In this document: piece by piece, positions 40,599-53,300 of the stretch
How positions within the stretch are numbered: the first letter of the stretch is position 1
How the letters are laid out: the number at the start of each line of letters is the position of its first letter
Assembly: GCA_964016885.1 (NCBI GenBank)
Contig: OZ024742.1
Span: 108,376,001-108,440,000 of the forward strand
DNA length: 64,000 nucleotides
Source: Eledone cirrhosa
Lineage: Eukaryota
Direction: 5' to 3'
Position numbers and translations under genes: made by a program
The notes under the pieces: generated by a model
Seen by the model: only the letters and a program-made list of their open reading frames with translations
Told to the model about the DNA's origin: nothing
Databases searched by the model: none

Positions 40599-41510
40599 TA
40601 TATGTATATACATACATGCACACATATATATATGTACGTATGGATTTACCGAACATTTATTATAATGCTCGGTTTGTTTGTAAACAAACATCCCGAATTA
40701 AGCCGTACAGTGTTTAGCAACCATCGTTGCCCTTTTGTTCAACACTGACAAAGGAACGATGTACTAGTTTCAAGCTTATTAGCTATGGTCAGCACCGTAT
40801 ACCTTCATTTCTCACTCTTAGTACGGCTTTTACTTAAATATAAGTATGTATACGTACATACATATATGTATTCAGACGTACAGTGGTATGTATATATATA
40901 CATACATGCACACATATATATATGTACGTATGGATTTAGCGAACATTTATTATAATGCTCGGTTTGTACAGTAGTATGTATATACATATGTTCGGTGAAT
41001 GTTCGGTGAATCCATATATATATGTTCGGTGAATCCATACGTACATATATATATGTGTGCATGTATGTATATATATATACATACCACTGTACGTCTGAAT
41101 ACATATATGTATGTACGTATACGTACTTATATTTAAGAAACAGCCGTACTAAGAGTGAGAAATGAAATTTCGTTTCATTTTTTTCCATTTATCGTTTTCG
41201 GTGCGCCCGGCCGATTAACTCACTCGATATGCACAATAGGCTGCTCAGCCGTTAATATGCATAAGGAAAGTATATACTTTCAGACTTTCAATCATCTGGC
41301 AGGAAGGAATACGGTGCTGACGATACATATACATACTTATACGTATACATACATATACATACTTATATTTAAGTACGTATATGTATGTATACGTATACGT
41401 ACGTATACATACTTGTATTTAAGTAACAGCCGTACTAAGAGCGAGAAATGAAATTTCGTTTCATTTTGTTCCATTTATATATATATATATATATATGAAA
41501 AAGTGAGTCC

Positions 41511-41581
41511 TTCATCAGTGACCCTCCAACCGTCCTCGGCATTTCATCGCTTTAAGGGCCATATGCCTCAGGTTGGTGCGA
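41511..41581 (-). ncRNA. Non-circularly-permuted hammerhead, family 1
   Basis: Stem III ggcat/atgcc, stem I tggccct/agggtca, and the 10.1-11.1 pair is A-T. Confidence 0.7.
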
Positions 41582-41769
41582 ACAACGGCTAAAAAAAGTC
41601 GTTGGGACACGTAAATAAAGGGGACGCTAGGGTAAACAGACAAAATGGTTTAAGCAGCAGAAAGTGATGTTGTTTCTTCTTCATCACTTTCTGCTGCTTA
41701 AACCATTTTGTCTGTTTACCCTAGCGTCCCCTTTATTTACGTGTCCCAACGACTTTTTTTAGCCGTTGC

Positions 41770-41840
41770 TCGCACCAACCTGAGGTATATGGCCTTTAAT
41801 GCGACGAAATGCCTACGACGGTTGGAAGGCCACTGATGAG
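41770..41840 (+). ncRNA. Non-circularly-permuted hammerhead, family 1 (best-preserved copy)
   Basis: tcgca-ccaacc-tg-aggtaT-A|tggcctt-taa-tgcga-c-GAAA-tgcct-acgac-ggttgg-aaggcca-CTGATGA-g. All four helices are intact, with a predicted cut after 41789. Confidence 0.78.
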
Positions 41841-41849
41841 GACAAACTT

Positions 41850-41889
<40 letters not shown>

Positions 41890-42531
41890 GGAAAAAATGA
41901 AACGAAATTTCATTTCTCTCTCTTAGTACGGCTGTTACTTAAATATAAGTATGTATACGTACATACATTTATGTATACAGACGTACAGTAGTATGTATAT
42001 ACATATGTTCGGTGAATGTTCGGTGAATCCATATATATATGTTCGGTGAATCCATACGTACATATATATATGTGTGCATGTATGTATATATATATACATA
42101 CCACTGTACGTCTGAATACATATATGTATGTACGTATACGTACTTATATTTAAGTAACAGCCGTACTAAGAGTGAGAAATGAAATTTCGTTTCATTTTTT
42201 TCCATTTATCGTTTTCGGTGCGCCCGGCCGATTAACTCACTCGATATGCACAATAGGCTGCTCAGCCGTTAATATGCATAAGGAAAGTATATACTTTCAG
42301 ACTTTCAATCATCTGGCAGGAAGGAATACGGTGCTGACGATACATATACATACTTATACGTATACATACATATACATACTTATATTTAAGTACGTATATG
42401 TATGTATACGTATACGTACGTATACATACTTGTATTTAAGTAACAGCCGTACTAAGAGCGAGAAATGAAATTTCGTTTCATTTTGTTCCATTTATATATA
42501 TATATATATATATATATGAAAAAGTGAGTCC

Positions 42532-42602
42532 TTCATCAGTGACCCTCCAACCGTCCTCGGCATTTCATCGCTTTAAGGGCCATATGCCTCAGGTTGGTGC
42601 GA
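42532..42602 (-). ncRNA. Non-circularly-permuted hammerhead, family 1
   Basis: Identical to 41511-41581. Confidence 0.7.
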
Positions 42603-43287
42603 ACAACGGCTAAAAAAAGTCGTTGGGACACGTAAATAAAGGGGGACCGCTAGAGTAACAACAAAAGGGTTTAAGCAACGGAAAGTGAGTAGAAATAGAC
42701 AAGTCCCAGATCTCTATGAATATAAACTCTGTGAAATCGTGAACAAGAGACGAAAGACCATCGAACCTGGTAGAAATGTGAGCAAGGAAAGAATTTCGCC
42801 CAAGTTTGACGGGGGGGAAAAAGAGAGAGAGAGAGAAAGAAAAAGGAGAGAAGAGGAAGAAGAAGAAGAAGAAGAAGAAGAAGAAGAAGAAGAAAAAGAA
42901 GAAGAAGAAGAAGAAGAAGAAGAAGAAGAAGAAGAAGAGGATAAGGAGTTCTGGTCTATGAATTCGGTAAACGCAAGTTTTGTGAAGTCGCAGACGAAAG
43001 AGAGAGAGAAAAAAATTCCATACCAGCTCGGTCAAGACTGCGCGAGAAAAGAATTACACACAGGTCAAACTTGAAGGAGGAGGAGGAAAGAGGAGGAGGA
43101 GAGGTAGTGACAGAGAATGAGTGAGTGAAAGTTGAGGAGAGGGTAACAGAGAGGGAGACTGCTAGAGTTGGTAAAGATACAAGGAACGAAACAGACGAAG
43201 GCAGCATGGAAAAATTATATGTGTAAATATGATGATAATAATGGAGCTGCGGCGTTGCAAATGGGATACATATGAAAAAGTGAGTCC

Positions 43288-43358
43288 TTCATCAGTGACC
43301 CTCCAACCGTCCTCGGCATTTCATCGCTTTAAGGGCCATATGCCTCAGGTTGGTGCGA
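43288..43358 (-). ncRNA. Non-circularly-permuted hammerhead, family 1
   Basis: Identical to 42532-42602, 756 bp away on the same strand. Confidence 0.7.
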
Positions 43359-43499
43359 ACAACGGCTAAAAAAAGTCGTTGGGACACGTAAATAAAGGGG
43401 GACGCTAGAGTAACAACAAAAGGGTTTAAGCAACGGAAAGTGAGTAGAAATAGACAAGTCCCAGATCTCTATGAATATAAACTCTGTGAAATCGTAAAC

Positions 43500-43775
43500 A
43501 TGGGTTCAGTATGAATCCGGTGACATCATCAGGTATTCGAAATTTAACAAAGGACAATAATCCATGAGGCTGAAAAGGCAACGACAAGAAGGCGGCCACA
43601 CATTCGCCAGTTACTAGTCAGGTCGGCCGCCTTCATGTATATATATATATATGTGTGGCCGCCTTCTTGTCGTTGCCTTTTCAGCCTCATGGATTATTGT
43701 CCTTTGTTAAATTTCGAATACCTGATGATGTCACCGGATTCATACTGAACCCAGTCATTGAAATGCTCATGTATA
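43500..43775. repeat. Inverted repeat (about 100-bp arms) with degenerate hammerhead-like motif
   Basis: 43501-43600 mirrors 43654-43754. Motif reads atac-CTGATGA-tg..GAAA-tgctcat-gtat, with an unclear cleavage triplet. Confidence 0.6.
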
Positions 43776-43817
43776 ATAAACCTTTAAGAAATTACACCAG
43801 TCCAACCTCCTGTTATT

Positions 43818-43892
<75 letters not shown>

Positions 43893-44037
43893 AGGGAGTG
43901 TAACGTGAAGTCACTGTAGAGTCACCCAGGTGAGTACTCGATGTTTAGACTCACGTCTGTAGCGAGGTGTAGAGTTAAACAATGTAAATATAATAATTCA
44001 AGGATGATTTGTTAAGCCTTCAATACGTTTATTGATT

Positions 44038-44121
44038 GGTGACGTGCGTTTCGCTATTGATCAGTTCATGGTTCGATCTGTATCGATCTGCCCGACTCTG
44101 GAATCAAAAGCTCGTCGGACC
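44038..44121 (-). ncRNA. Type I hammerhead with long stem II, CCGACGA core
   Basis: Reverse complement: ggt-CCGACGA-gct..agc-GAA-acg(ca)cgt-C|acc. Confidence 0.6.
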
Positions 44122-44415
44122 TCTGCTGTTGTAATGACAGAATGAACATATAAAGCATTCTGTCATTACAACAGCTGAGGTCCGTGGGAGGGTGTGTAAC
44201 ATGCAGTTAAAACTAGGTTCCCCCGAGTGAGCACTCAGTGCGTAGTTTCCAGTCTGTAAACAGGTGTAGAATAAAGCAGAGTGTAAATATAATAATAAAA
44301 GGACGATTTGTTATGTCTTCATTACGTTTATTAAGTAGTGACGCGTCTTTCACTATCGATTTGCTCAAGGTTCGATCTGTATTGATCTAGCTCGACTTTT
44401 GAATCAAAGGTTATT

Positions 44416-44499
<84 letters not shown>

Positions 44500-44639
44500 T
44501 GCATGTGTGTGCATGTGCACATTTATATACATCTCACACACTATACACCGTACCGATGTATAGTTTAGCCCACATAGTTAGTGTACCAACAATTCCATTT
44601 ATTCTTCTATCTATTTATTTATATTCTTTTTAAACACTA

Positions 44640-44800
44640 ACCACAGTCTCCCTTAACATCCTCCGTGGAAACGCCTTCTCCATTCTGTCCGCCGGGGCTG
44701 TGGGGAGGCCATCAATATGATTACTTAACCCTTTCTGTACCTTATAGTACTAACCCCTGCAATATATTTTGATCTTTCGGTACTCAGTGATAAATACTTA
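44640..44800 (+). mobile_element. 3' remnant of an RLE-type (CRE-like) non-LTR element
   Basis: SLNILRGNAFSILSAG..* resembles the terminal xxRGNAxxIL motif of CRE-clade ORFs. Confidence 0.45.
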
Positions 44801-45264
44801 CCTTTAATTGATTATAGTACAAATATCCCTCTAAGGATGTAGATAGTTTACACCAAAGCCTCACCCCTAACATAGGTTAACCTACTTTCCTTATCTTTTT
44901 CTTTATATTTTCTTTTATTCCTCTTCGACAAACCACTGACCAAAAGAACCCCCCTCCCATAATATAGCATAACATAGCCTATAACCACCTCCACACCCAC
45001 ACCCAGCACCTTCGCCTCACCATATACATGCCTTATTGTCTATGAAACAGCCAAAACAACCACACCCCTGCTACTCACAACAACCATCGCTCCCCACCAC
45101 CACCTCGTCATTATCATCCCCCCCTCCACCTATCATACATACCGAAACATTCGGTATAGCAAAGCCACCAATCAAAACAACAGTAAGTGACCACCATAAA
45201 TGAATGTGAATCGTTATAGACCCTTCTAAGCCATACAGGTTCACTCTGTCATTACCACAGCAGA

Positions 45265-45333
45265 GGTCCGATGAGCTTTTGATTCCAGAGTCGGGCTAGA
45301 TCGAAGCTGATCAATAGCGAAACCTGCATCACT
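45265..45333 (+). ncRNA. Hammerhead-like motif (family of 44038), CCGATGA core
   Basis: ggt-CCGATGA-gct..agc-GAAA-cctgcatc-act, with a decayed stem III. Confidence 0.5.
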
Positions 45334-45379
45334 ACTCAATAAACGTAATGAACACATAACAAATCGTCCTTTTATTATA

Positions 45380-45414
<35 letters not shown>

Positions 45415-46269
45415 TTATTTGATTGTTTATATTATGGCGTATAATTTTATATATTCTGGTACATATGGTTTGGCTATGTGTACGGGAGTTTTGCGTCTGT
45501 GTGAGTATGCAGGTTCGTACGTATGTAGAGTGTGTGTATATGTGTACTTCATCTTTTGGTTGACTTACGTCTCCGAACATTTGTGTATTTACATGTAGGT
45601 ATGTGTGTGCGCTTGTTATATACGTATTTATTTATTTATATACGTTTATATAATGATTTATTTATTTGTATACACGCATACACACACACACATTTATATG
45701 TGCGTGGTTTTGTATACCTATGGTAAGTGTTTTGCGTATGCTTGTGTATGCACGTTTTTGTTTGCGTGTATGTATTTATTTATTTCTATTACTTCTGTAT
45801 TGTATTTATTTACTTTGTTCTTAACTCTGTAGCGGAGATTCATTTGGTTTCCTAGTTAGTATTTTAGTCTACGACTTCTGCTATACCATTTACGTGGTTT
45901 TGTCTTTGCGTGCTATTGTTCTCCACGCTCCACATATGACGTATTATCTTCGTTTTTTTCGTTCATTGCCAGAGAACCACCTAAGAGAACATTAGTCTAC
46001 GACCTCTTTTATACTATAAACGTGGTTCTGTCTTTGCGCGTAATTGTTTTTCGCCGCTCCTATTAATGACGTATTATATTCGTTTTTTAAGTACCAGTAA
46101 TGCACTGGATAATTGCTGGCCTTGTGCCTAAAGTAAAAACAATTATATTCGTTTTTTCCCGTTCTTTGCCAGCGAACGTTTCCACGAACCAAAGTATCGT
46201 CTTCTTGTCTTCCTCCGGTTGCAACGTTTTTTGAAATATACACTTCTGCGTTTACAGATTGACTTTGTT

Positions 46270-46320
46270 AGTTTCAGAAGATCCCGTTAAGGGTGAAAGC
46301 AGCGATTCTTTGCTTAAACT
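46270..46320 (+). ncRNA. Type I hammerhead, CAGAAGA core variant (decayed copy about 34488-34536 on -)
   Basis: agttt-CAGAAGA-t-ccc(gttaa)ggg-t-GAA-agca..tgct-T|aaact. Confidence 0.65.
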
Positions 46321-46336
46321 TTAATCTGTTATTTTA

Positions 46337-46376
<40 letters not shown>

Positions 46377-46562
46377 GTAGAGCACTGGAAGGTAATAACC
46401 GTAATGGTAGAGCACTCAGTCCATGGGACGAGTTAGGTAGAACTGGTTACACAACAGTTAGTTCACCATACCGAGAACAATTGTTTCACCTTAGCGGATC
46501 CTCATATATATATATATGAATCAAAAATGGCGAGCTGAGTTGTTGCAATTAAGTATAATAAA

Positions 46563-47020
46563 TAAAGAACTAGAAATAGAAGTTAGGAATATCCATCGTC
46601 AGTTGTCTACTAGGCATCATAGGTATTTCTTCGCATTACAGACAATATACCTCCGTCTAGGGCGATACAATAACTAAAATAAGTTATTGGGATAAAAAGA
46701 GTTGGGTGGAGAAAGCGAAAGACATGTAAACAGACACGAATGGTGGGGCAACGTAATGAGAGGAAAAAATGAAAAAAATCAAGTCAATAATTCATTCCGA
46801 ACATAAGAAAAGGCGAATATTGACGAGGAGATAAAGATACATATTAGGCGCACGGATGTGAGCGAGGAAAAGGATCGCGTACGGTGTGGGATCCCAATAA
46901 CTTATTTTAGCTATTGTATCGCCCTAGCTGGAGGTATATTGTCTGTAATGCGAAGAAATACCTATGATGGCTAGTAGACAACTGATGACGGATATTCCTA
47001 ACTTCTATTTCTAGTTCTTC
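46563..47020. repeat. Fold-back element with two permuted hammerheads (46595-46665 on -, 46919-46989 on +)
   Basis: Arms about 46563-46693 and 46891-47020. Stem I ttgtct/agacaa and extra helix ctagc/gctag. Confidence 0.8.
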
Positions 47021-47023
47021 ATT

Positions 47024-47134
<111 letters not shown>

Positions 47135-47144
47135 GAGAGAGAGA

Positions 47145-47175
<31 letters not shown>

Positions 47176-47420
47176 TGAGAAAGAGAGAGAGAGATAGGTA
47201 GATAGTATGTAAATAAACCTCTATATATATCTATATCTATATATATGCGCACTTGGTTGGTTGGTTGTATACATACGTACATCGATGAAAATGAGTTTTC
47301 TACATTTTCCCATAAAATAATTTGACATTCATTCATTATATAATCTGTTATATATATGTTTACCACACACACACATACATACACACATAGACATACACAC
47401 ACATAGACACACACACACAC

Positions 47421-47468
<48 letters not shown>

Positions 47469-47637
47469 GCGTTATATCCATCTTTCATGCGCGTATATTT
47501 ATGCTTTACAGAACCGCAAGTTTAATGTCAGAATAGCGATAGCTAACAGTAAAAAACAAATAAAGGGAAATTAAAAATAGATATTGCTTTTCATATAGAA
47601 AACATTTTCTTAACAAATAACTTACGGTGACATATTG

Positions 47638-47950
47638 CTAATTAACCAGCTCCGTCATTTCACACATGTCATTTCTTTTGAGATAATTCATCTGATATCT
47701 TCTTCTTGGTGAACCTCCGCCGTTTACGACGATGTCTGATGCAGTTGTATGATCAACGACACAGCCAGCTTGTGAAATTAACATGCAATTGGCTGAAGAT
47801 TCAATGACACATGTCGTTGTAACGTAGTTTTCAGGGAGATTCAACGTGGGGTCACAGTGTGAGCTATAAAGTTGGCTTTCTACAGGTACAACATATTTGG
47901 AGGACAGCCACATGTCTTGCTCTAAGGTACGACGCGCCATGTGCGTACAT
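47638..47950 (-). CDS. Possible terminal coding exon of an unidentified host gene
   Basis: About 100 codons of complex, non-repetitive sequence after CAG (47951-47953). Weak pyrimidine tract and no recognisable domain. Confidence 0.25.
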
Positions 47951-47968
47951 CTGTATGTATATACTATA

Positions 47969-48150
47969 CAGTAAAATTCTGGGATAACGAAATTCAAGTG
48001 GTATGAAAAAATTCGTTGTAACGAAAAATTTTTTATAACGAGATCGACGAAAACAAATCAAGAGTTTGCTTATTATTACCTCGAGGATTGAAAAAATGTC
48101 GTTATGCTGAAAAATTCGTTGCAATGATATTCGTTATAACGGAATTTTAC
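47969..48150. mobile_element. pogo/Tigger-like MITE
   Basis: TA|CAGTAAAATTC..ATAACGAA at the left end and TTCGTTATAACGGAATTTTAC at the right end. Confidence 0.7.
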
Positions 48151-48151
48151 A

Positions 48152-48237
<86 letters not shown>

Positions 48238-48241
<4 letters not shown>

Positions 48242-48855
48242 GTAGAATACTGGAAGGTAATATCCGTAGTGGTAGAGCGGATCCTCAGCTCGTAATGGAC
48301 ATGGTTATACGGAACAGGAAGGACAACCGTACGAATGCACATGCGCAGAAACCGTCACTTCACACAGGCAATACCAAAAAGCGTGCGAGAGGTGTAAGGG
48401 AGATAACTGCGAAAGTCCGAAACGTTTCTAGTTGATAAGAAAATTAGGATCTTGTGATTCACTCCGGAGCTTTCTAGTTAAAGTAAGAGGTGTTTCGAGA
48501 CGTGTGGACAACGTCTGAAAAATTCATTCCTAGTGTTTAGGCAATCACTATTGCATAATCTCTTTAGAATATTTATTCGTTCATCAATACATAGTCCACA
48601 CGACGGATTTCCCCTTGCGTATGGCTTGGAGTTAGTGATGGCTTTCCATTGAATGGAGTAGTCTATACTTGAGTCCTCGAGGGACCATGCATAGCTCGCG
48701 AGTTTCGTGGATGAACGTCTGTCCGGGTACCTAAAGGTAGTGGGAATGTTCTTCAGGGAGTAATCCAGTTCGTATAAATCCATACTGACGTTGATGAGAC
48801 ACAAAATTGTATAGGACACGAGGACATATAGATTGCTCTCAAGGTAGTAAGCCAT
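48238..48855 (-). mobile_element. Internally deleted Naiad-type PLE (ORF start fused to GIY-YIG C-terminus)
   Basis: MDLYELDYSLKNIPT joined in frame to TFRYPDRRSSTKLAS..CGLC..LNTRNE..CPH. The 3' region is shared with 57052-57330. Confidence 0.75.
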
Positions 48856-48859
48856 ATAT

Positions 48860-49500
<641 letters not shown>

Positions 49501-49644
49501 TATATATATATAAATAATAAAAAAGTATATATATACTCGTAGAGCAAATATTTATTATTAGTACAAATTAAAGTTTAAGCAAAGAATCGCTAATTGCACC
49601 CTATTCTTTGCTTAAACTTTAATCTGTACAACTAATAATAATTG

Positions 49645-50045
49645 TTTCTACTTTTGGCACAAGGCCAACAAATACCCAGTGCATTACTGGTACTTTATTT
49701 TATCGACCCCGTAAGGATGAAAGGCAAAGTTAACCTCGGCGGGATTTGAACTCAGAATGGCAAGGGCCGTAACTCTATACGTCAAAGCATGGCGTCCGAC
49801 CCTCTACCGATACTGCCAATCCACCGCCCTTATAATAATAATGGTTTCTGATTTAGGCACAAGGCCAGCAATTTTTGGTGGGAGGGGAAAGTCGATTAAA
49901 TCGACACCAGTGCGTCACTGGTACTTTATTTTATCGACCCGTAAGAATGAAAGGTAAAACTAACTTCGGCAGGATTTGAACTCAGAATGTAAAGGGACGT
50001 AACTATGCCGCGAATCATGATGTCCGATGCTTTATCGATTCTGCC
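49645..50045 (-). mobile_element. Two tandem SINE family A copies (Nin/Deu-like central domain)
   Basis: Reverse complement has a tRNA head plus CCTTTCATCCTTACGGGGTCGATAAAATAAAGTACCAG. Confidence 0.85.
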
Positions 50046-50060
50046 CAAATAATAATAATA

Positions 50061-50159
<99 letters not shown>

Positions 50160-50671
50160 TATATTATATCATATCATTTATTTATTTATGTTTATACACA
50201 GAAAAAAAGCTCTACCTTAGGTTTCAATGTCCAATTGTGACCATCTCCCATGATTTTACTCGGTGGTGCAGAATAGATGGAGGAGGGATCAAATTCGTAA
50301 CCTAGTTATTAGGTGCTGAGATGAGTTTGATGTTAAACATTAAAAGTAGAGAGTCTTAAACTATATATATTGTGAGTTCATCGACTTGAATTCGGGCAAA
50401 ACTATTTTCTTTTTGCAGTCATTGATCTGTATCAGTGGTTTGTTTATCTCTCGTGGCCTTGAGATGAATTATTTAAATATGGCCTTGTCTTGAATGTTTA
50501 ATGTCAGTTGTGACACCGTGTACCATTAAAACGGGCTTTGATCTTGAGTATTCAACACACAGATTTTTAGCCCAGTAGTTGATGTGCATACCTTTAAATA
50601 TGTCGGACAGTAGTGAATGTATTGTCTTGGACTCGTGTAATATAGGGAAGAAAGAATAAATCGCAATAGAA

Positions 50672-50719
<48 letters not shown>

Positions 50720-51083
50720 GTGATGACGATGACGATGACGATGATGATGATGACGATTAACACACAGAATAATCTGATATAGCTATCTGGCATGGCGTTG
50801 CACCAGCGGCGTCCATAGCACTCCAGCATTAATAAAAGCAGCATTTACTAAAACTATATATGCTGTATTGGACTTTACTGGGAGATTCTAGAAACCAATT
50901 TCCTGGAATTTCACTATTTATAAATCTGTACGTTAATTCTTGTGTTTATAACCACATAGTTACCATGAGAATGTCAAAAGAATGCTTTATATTTTGTTTT
51001 CTCTATCTATCTATATCTATTATCTATCTATCTATCTATCGATCTATCTATCTATCTATCTATCTATACTCTTTCTCTCTCTC

Positions 51084-51120
<37 letters not shown>

Positions 51121-52354
51121 TCTTTTACCTATTCCAGCTATTCGGTTGAGGCCATATATATATAGAGTGTTATATCACACTCACTTTTCGCTTTATTGAA
51201 AACGCGGTATATATTAATGAGTGAACACAAATGCTTGTACATCATGAATATACGCTTGCCTCCTCATACATCTTCGATTTAAACACCTACAATGGGTTTT
51301 ACCGTCTTTCATCCCTCTGTTTGCAATAAAGGAAGTGCCAGTTATATTATATTGGGTGTACATATTCTATCGATTATTCCACGAAATCTGTTAGTCTAAT
51401 TCCTACAAACACTGGTTTATTCCTTTGAACGATATCAGGTTTAAAGTATTTCAGTCGATTCCAACTTTCCTTATCAACCAAATTATTTTTTAGGTAAACT
51501 GAATCATTTACATATACATTTCTTTTATATAGTGAATGCGTGCTGTAGAGTCCTGCTTTTTATATGTTTCTAGTCACTGCCTTCCTTTGTAAATCATCTT
51601 GCTGGTCACTGTCGTTTCCATCATTTTAGTTAATAAAGAGAACTCTATGAGAAGCGCCCTGGAGGTGTTTAGCTCAGCTCAATATTGTCTACATAAACAT
51701 TATACTATTCGAGTTCACAGGAAAAAGTGTGGCCTAGTTCGTTGGGTGGTTCGATTCACGATCACAAGGCCGTGGGTTCGATTCATGGCATGGATGGTGT
51801 ATTGTGTTCTTAAGCAAAATACTTAATTCCATTTTTCTGCTTCTGCCAGGAGTTGCAGCAGGAAGATAGTATCAACAATGGGAATACCGATTTGAAGTTT
51901 GTTACCTTGGTCCGATCTAACGATCAGATCTTTCCTTTTCAGTGTTATGCCATTTCAATACGGACGTATCCTTTTATGTCACACACATAAATATATTTTA
52001 TGTCATTCAAGAAAAAGCATCCAGTAACTGAAGGTCTGTAATTTAACAAATGACTCATTTATCCCAAATTTGACAGACCAGACACTGATTGATAATGGAG
52101 CAGACAATAAAATGGAAGAGGACAAATCAATTGTGGGTGTTTGAAAATAATTTGAAATTGATGTGACGTTTGATGGTTTTAAACGGCATGATAAAATATT
52201 CTCAAACAACAAATATATATATATATGTATTATATATATATATATATATATAATACATATATATATTATATATATATGTATTATATATATATATATATAT
52301 TATAGGAATGAAAAATGGCGTGTTGTGTTGTTGCATATGTGATATACAAATTAA

Positions 52355-53050
52355 AATGAAGAATTAGAAATAGAAGCCAGGACTATCCATCATCAGTGGT
52401 CTACTAGCCATCATAGGTATTTCTTCGCATTAAAGACCCGATACCTCAGGCTAGCGCGAACAATAACTAAAATAAGTTATTGGGATAAAAAGAATTGGGT
52501 GGAAAAAGAGAGACAGGTAAACAAACACGAATGGTGAAGCAACGTAAAGAAAGGAAAAAAATGAGAAAATCAAGTCAATGATTCATTTGAACATAAGAAT
52601 TTGCGAATATTGACGAGAAGACGAAAGACACATCTTAACCGTGCGAAAGTAAGCGAGGAAAGAATTTCGCACGGTGTGGGACGATGGAGGAAGTGAGAGA
52701 GGGTGAGTAGCAGAGAGTGAGTGAGTGAAAGTGTGAGGAAGAGGCTAGCCGAGAGAGGATGACTAGCAGAGGGGGTGAATGAAAGTAAGAGGGAGAAGGA
52801 GAGAGAAGGGGGAGAGAGAAAGAGGAAAGCAGTAAGGGAAGAGAAAAAGACAAGTCAGAGCGAAGGTGAAAGCATATAGGAATGAAAAACTCCACCCAAT
52901 TCTTTTTATCCCAATAACTTATTTTAGTTATTGTTCGCGCTAGCCTGAGGTATCTGGTCTTTAATGCGAGGAAATACCTATGATGGCTAGTAGACCACTG
53001 ATGATGGATAGTCCTGGGTTCTATTTCTAATTCTGCATTTTAATTTGTAT
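52355..53050. repeat. Fold-back element with two permuted hammerheads (52389-52459 on -, 52935-53005 on +)
   Basis: Arms about 52355-52503 and 52891-53050. Stem I tggtct/agacca, extra helix ctagcc/ggctag, triplet AUC. Confidence 0.8.
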
Positions 53051-53089
53051 ATATATATATTATATATATATATAATATATATATATAAG

Positions 53090-53300
53090 TGAAGGCGTGT
53101 GGCTGAGTGGTTAGAGAATTGGATTCACAATCTTGAGGTTGTGAGTTCGATTCCTGGACCGGGCGATGCGTTATGTCCTTGAGCAAGACACTTTATTTCA
53201 CGTTGCTCCTTCTACCTGGAGTTGCGACCGATAGATAGTACTAACAACTGGAAAGACCAACGGAGACAGTTTCCTCGGTCCGATTTGACGAAAGTCGATC
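53090..53300 (+). mobile_element. SINE family B
   Basis: TGGCTGAGTGG A box, GAGTTCGATTCC B box and GTCCTTGAGCAAGACACTT. Confidence 0.85.

Larger units (their letters stand above)
40965..42643. repeat. Recent direct duplication with period about 1017-1021 bp
   Basis: 40965-41622 is essentially identical to 41982-42643. ORFs 41155-41451 and 42172-42468 translate identically. Confidence 0.9.

Noticed and set aside
53090-53165. tRNA gene
   Set aside because: The A and B boxes belong to a SINE head that continues into SINE body sequence and is repeated elsewhere in the window.
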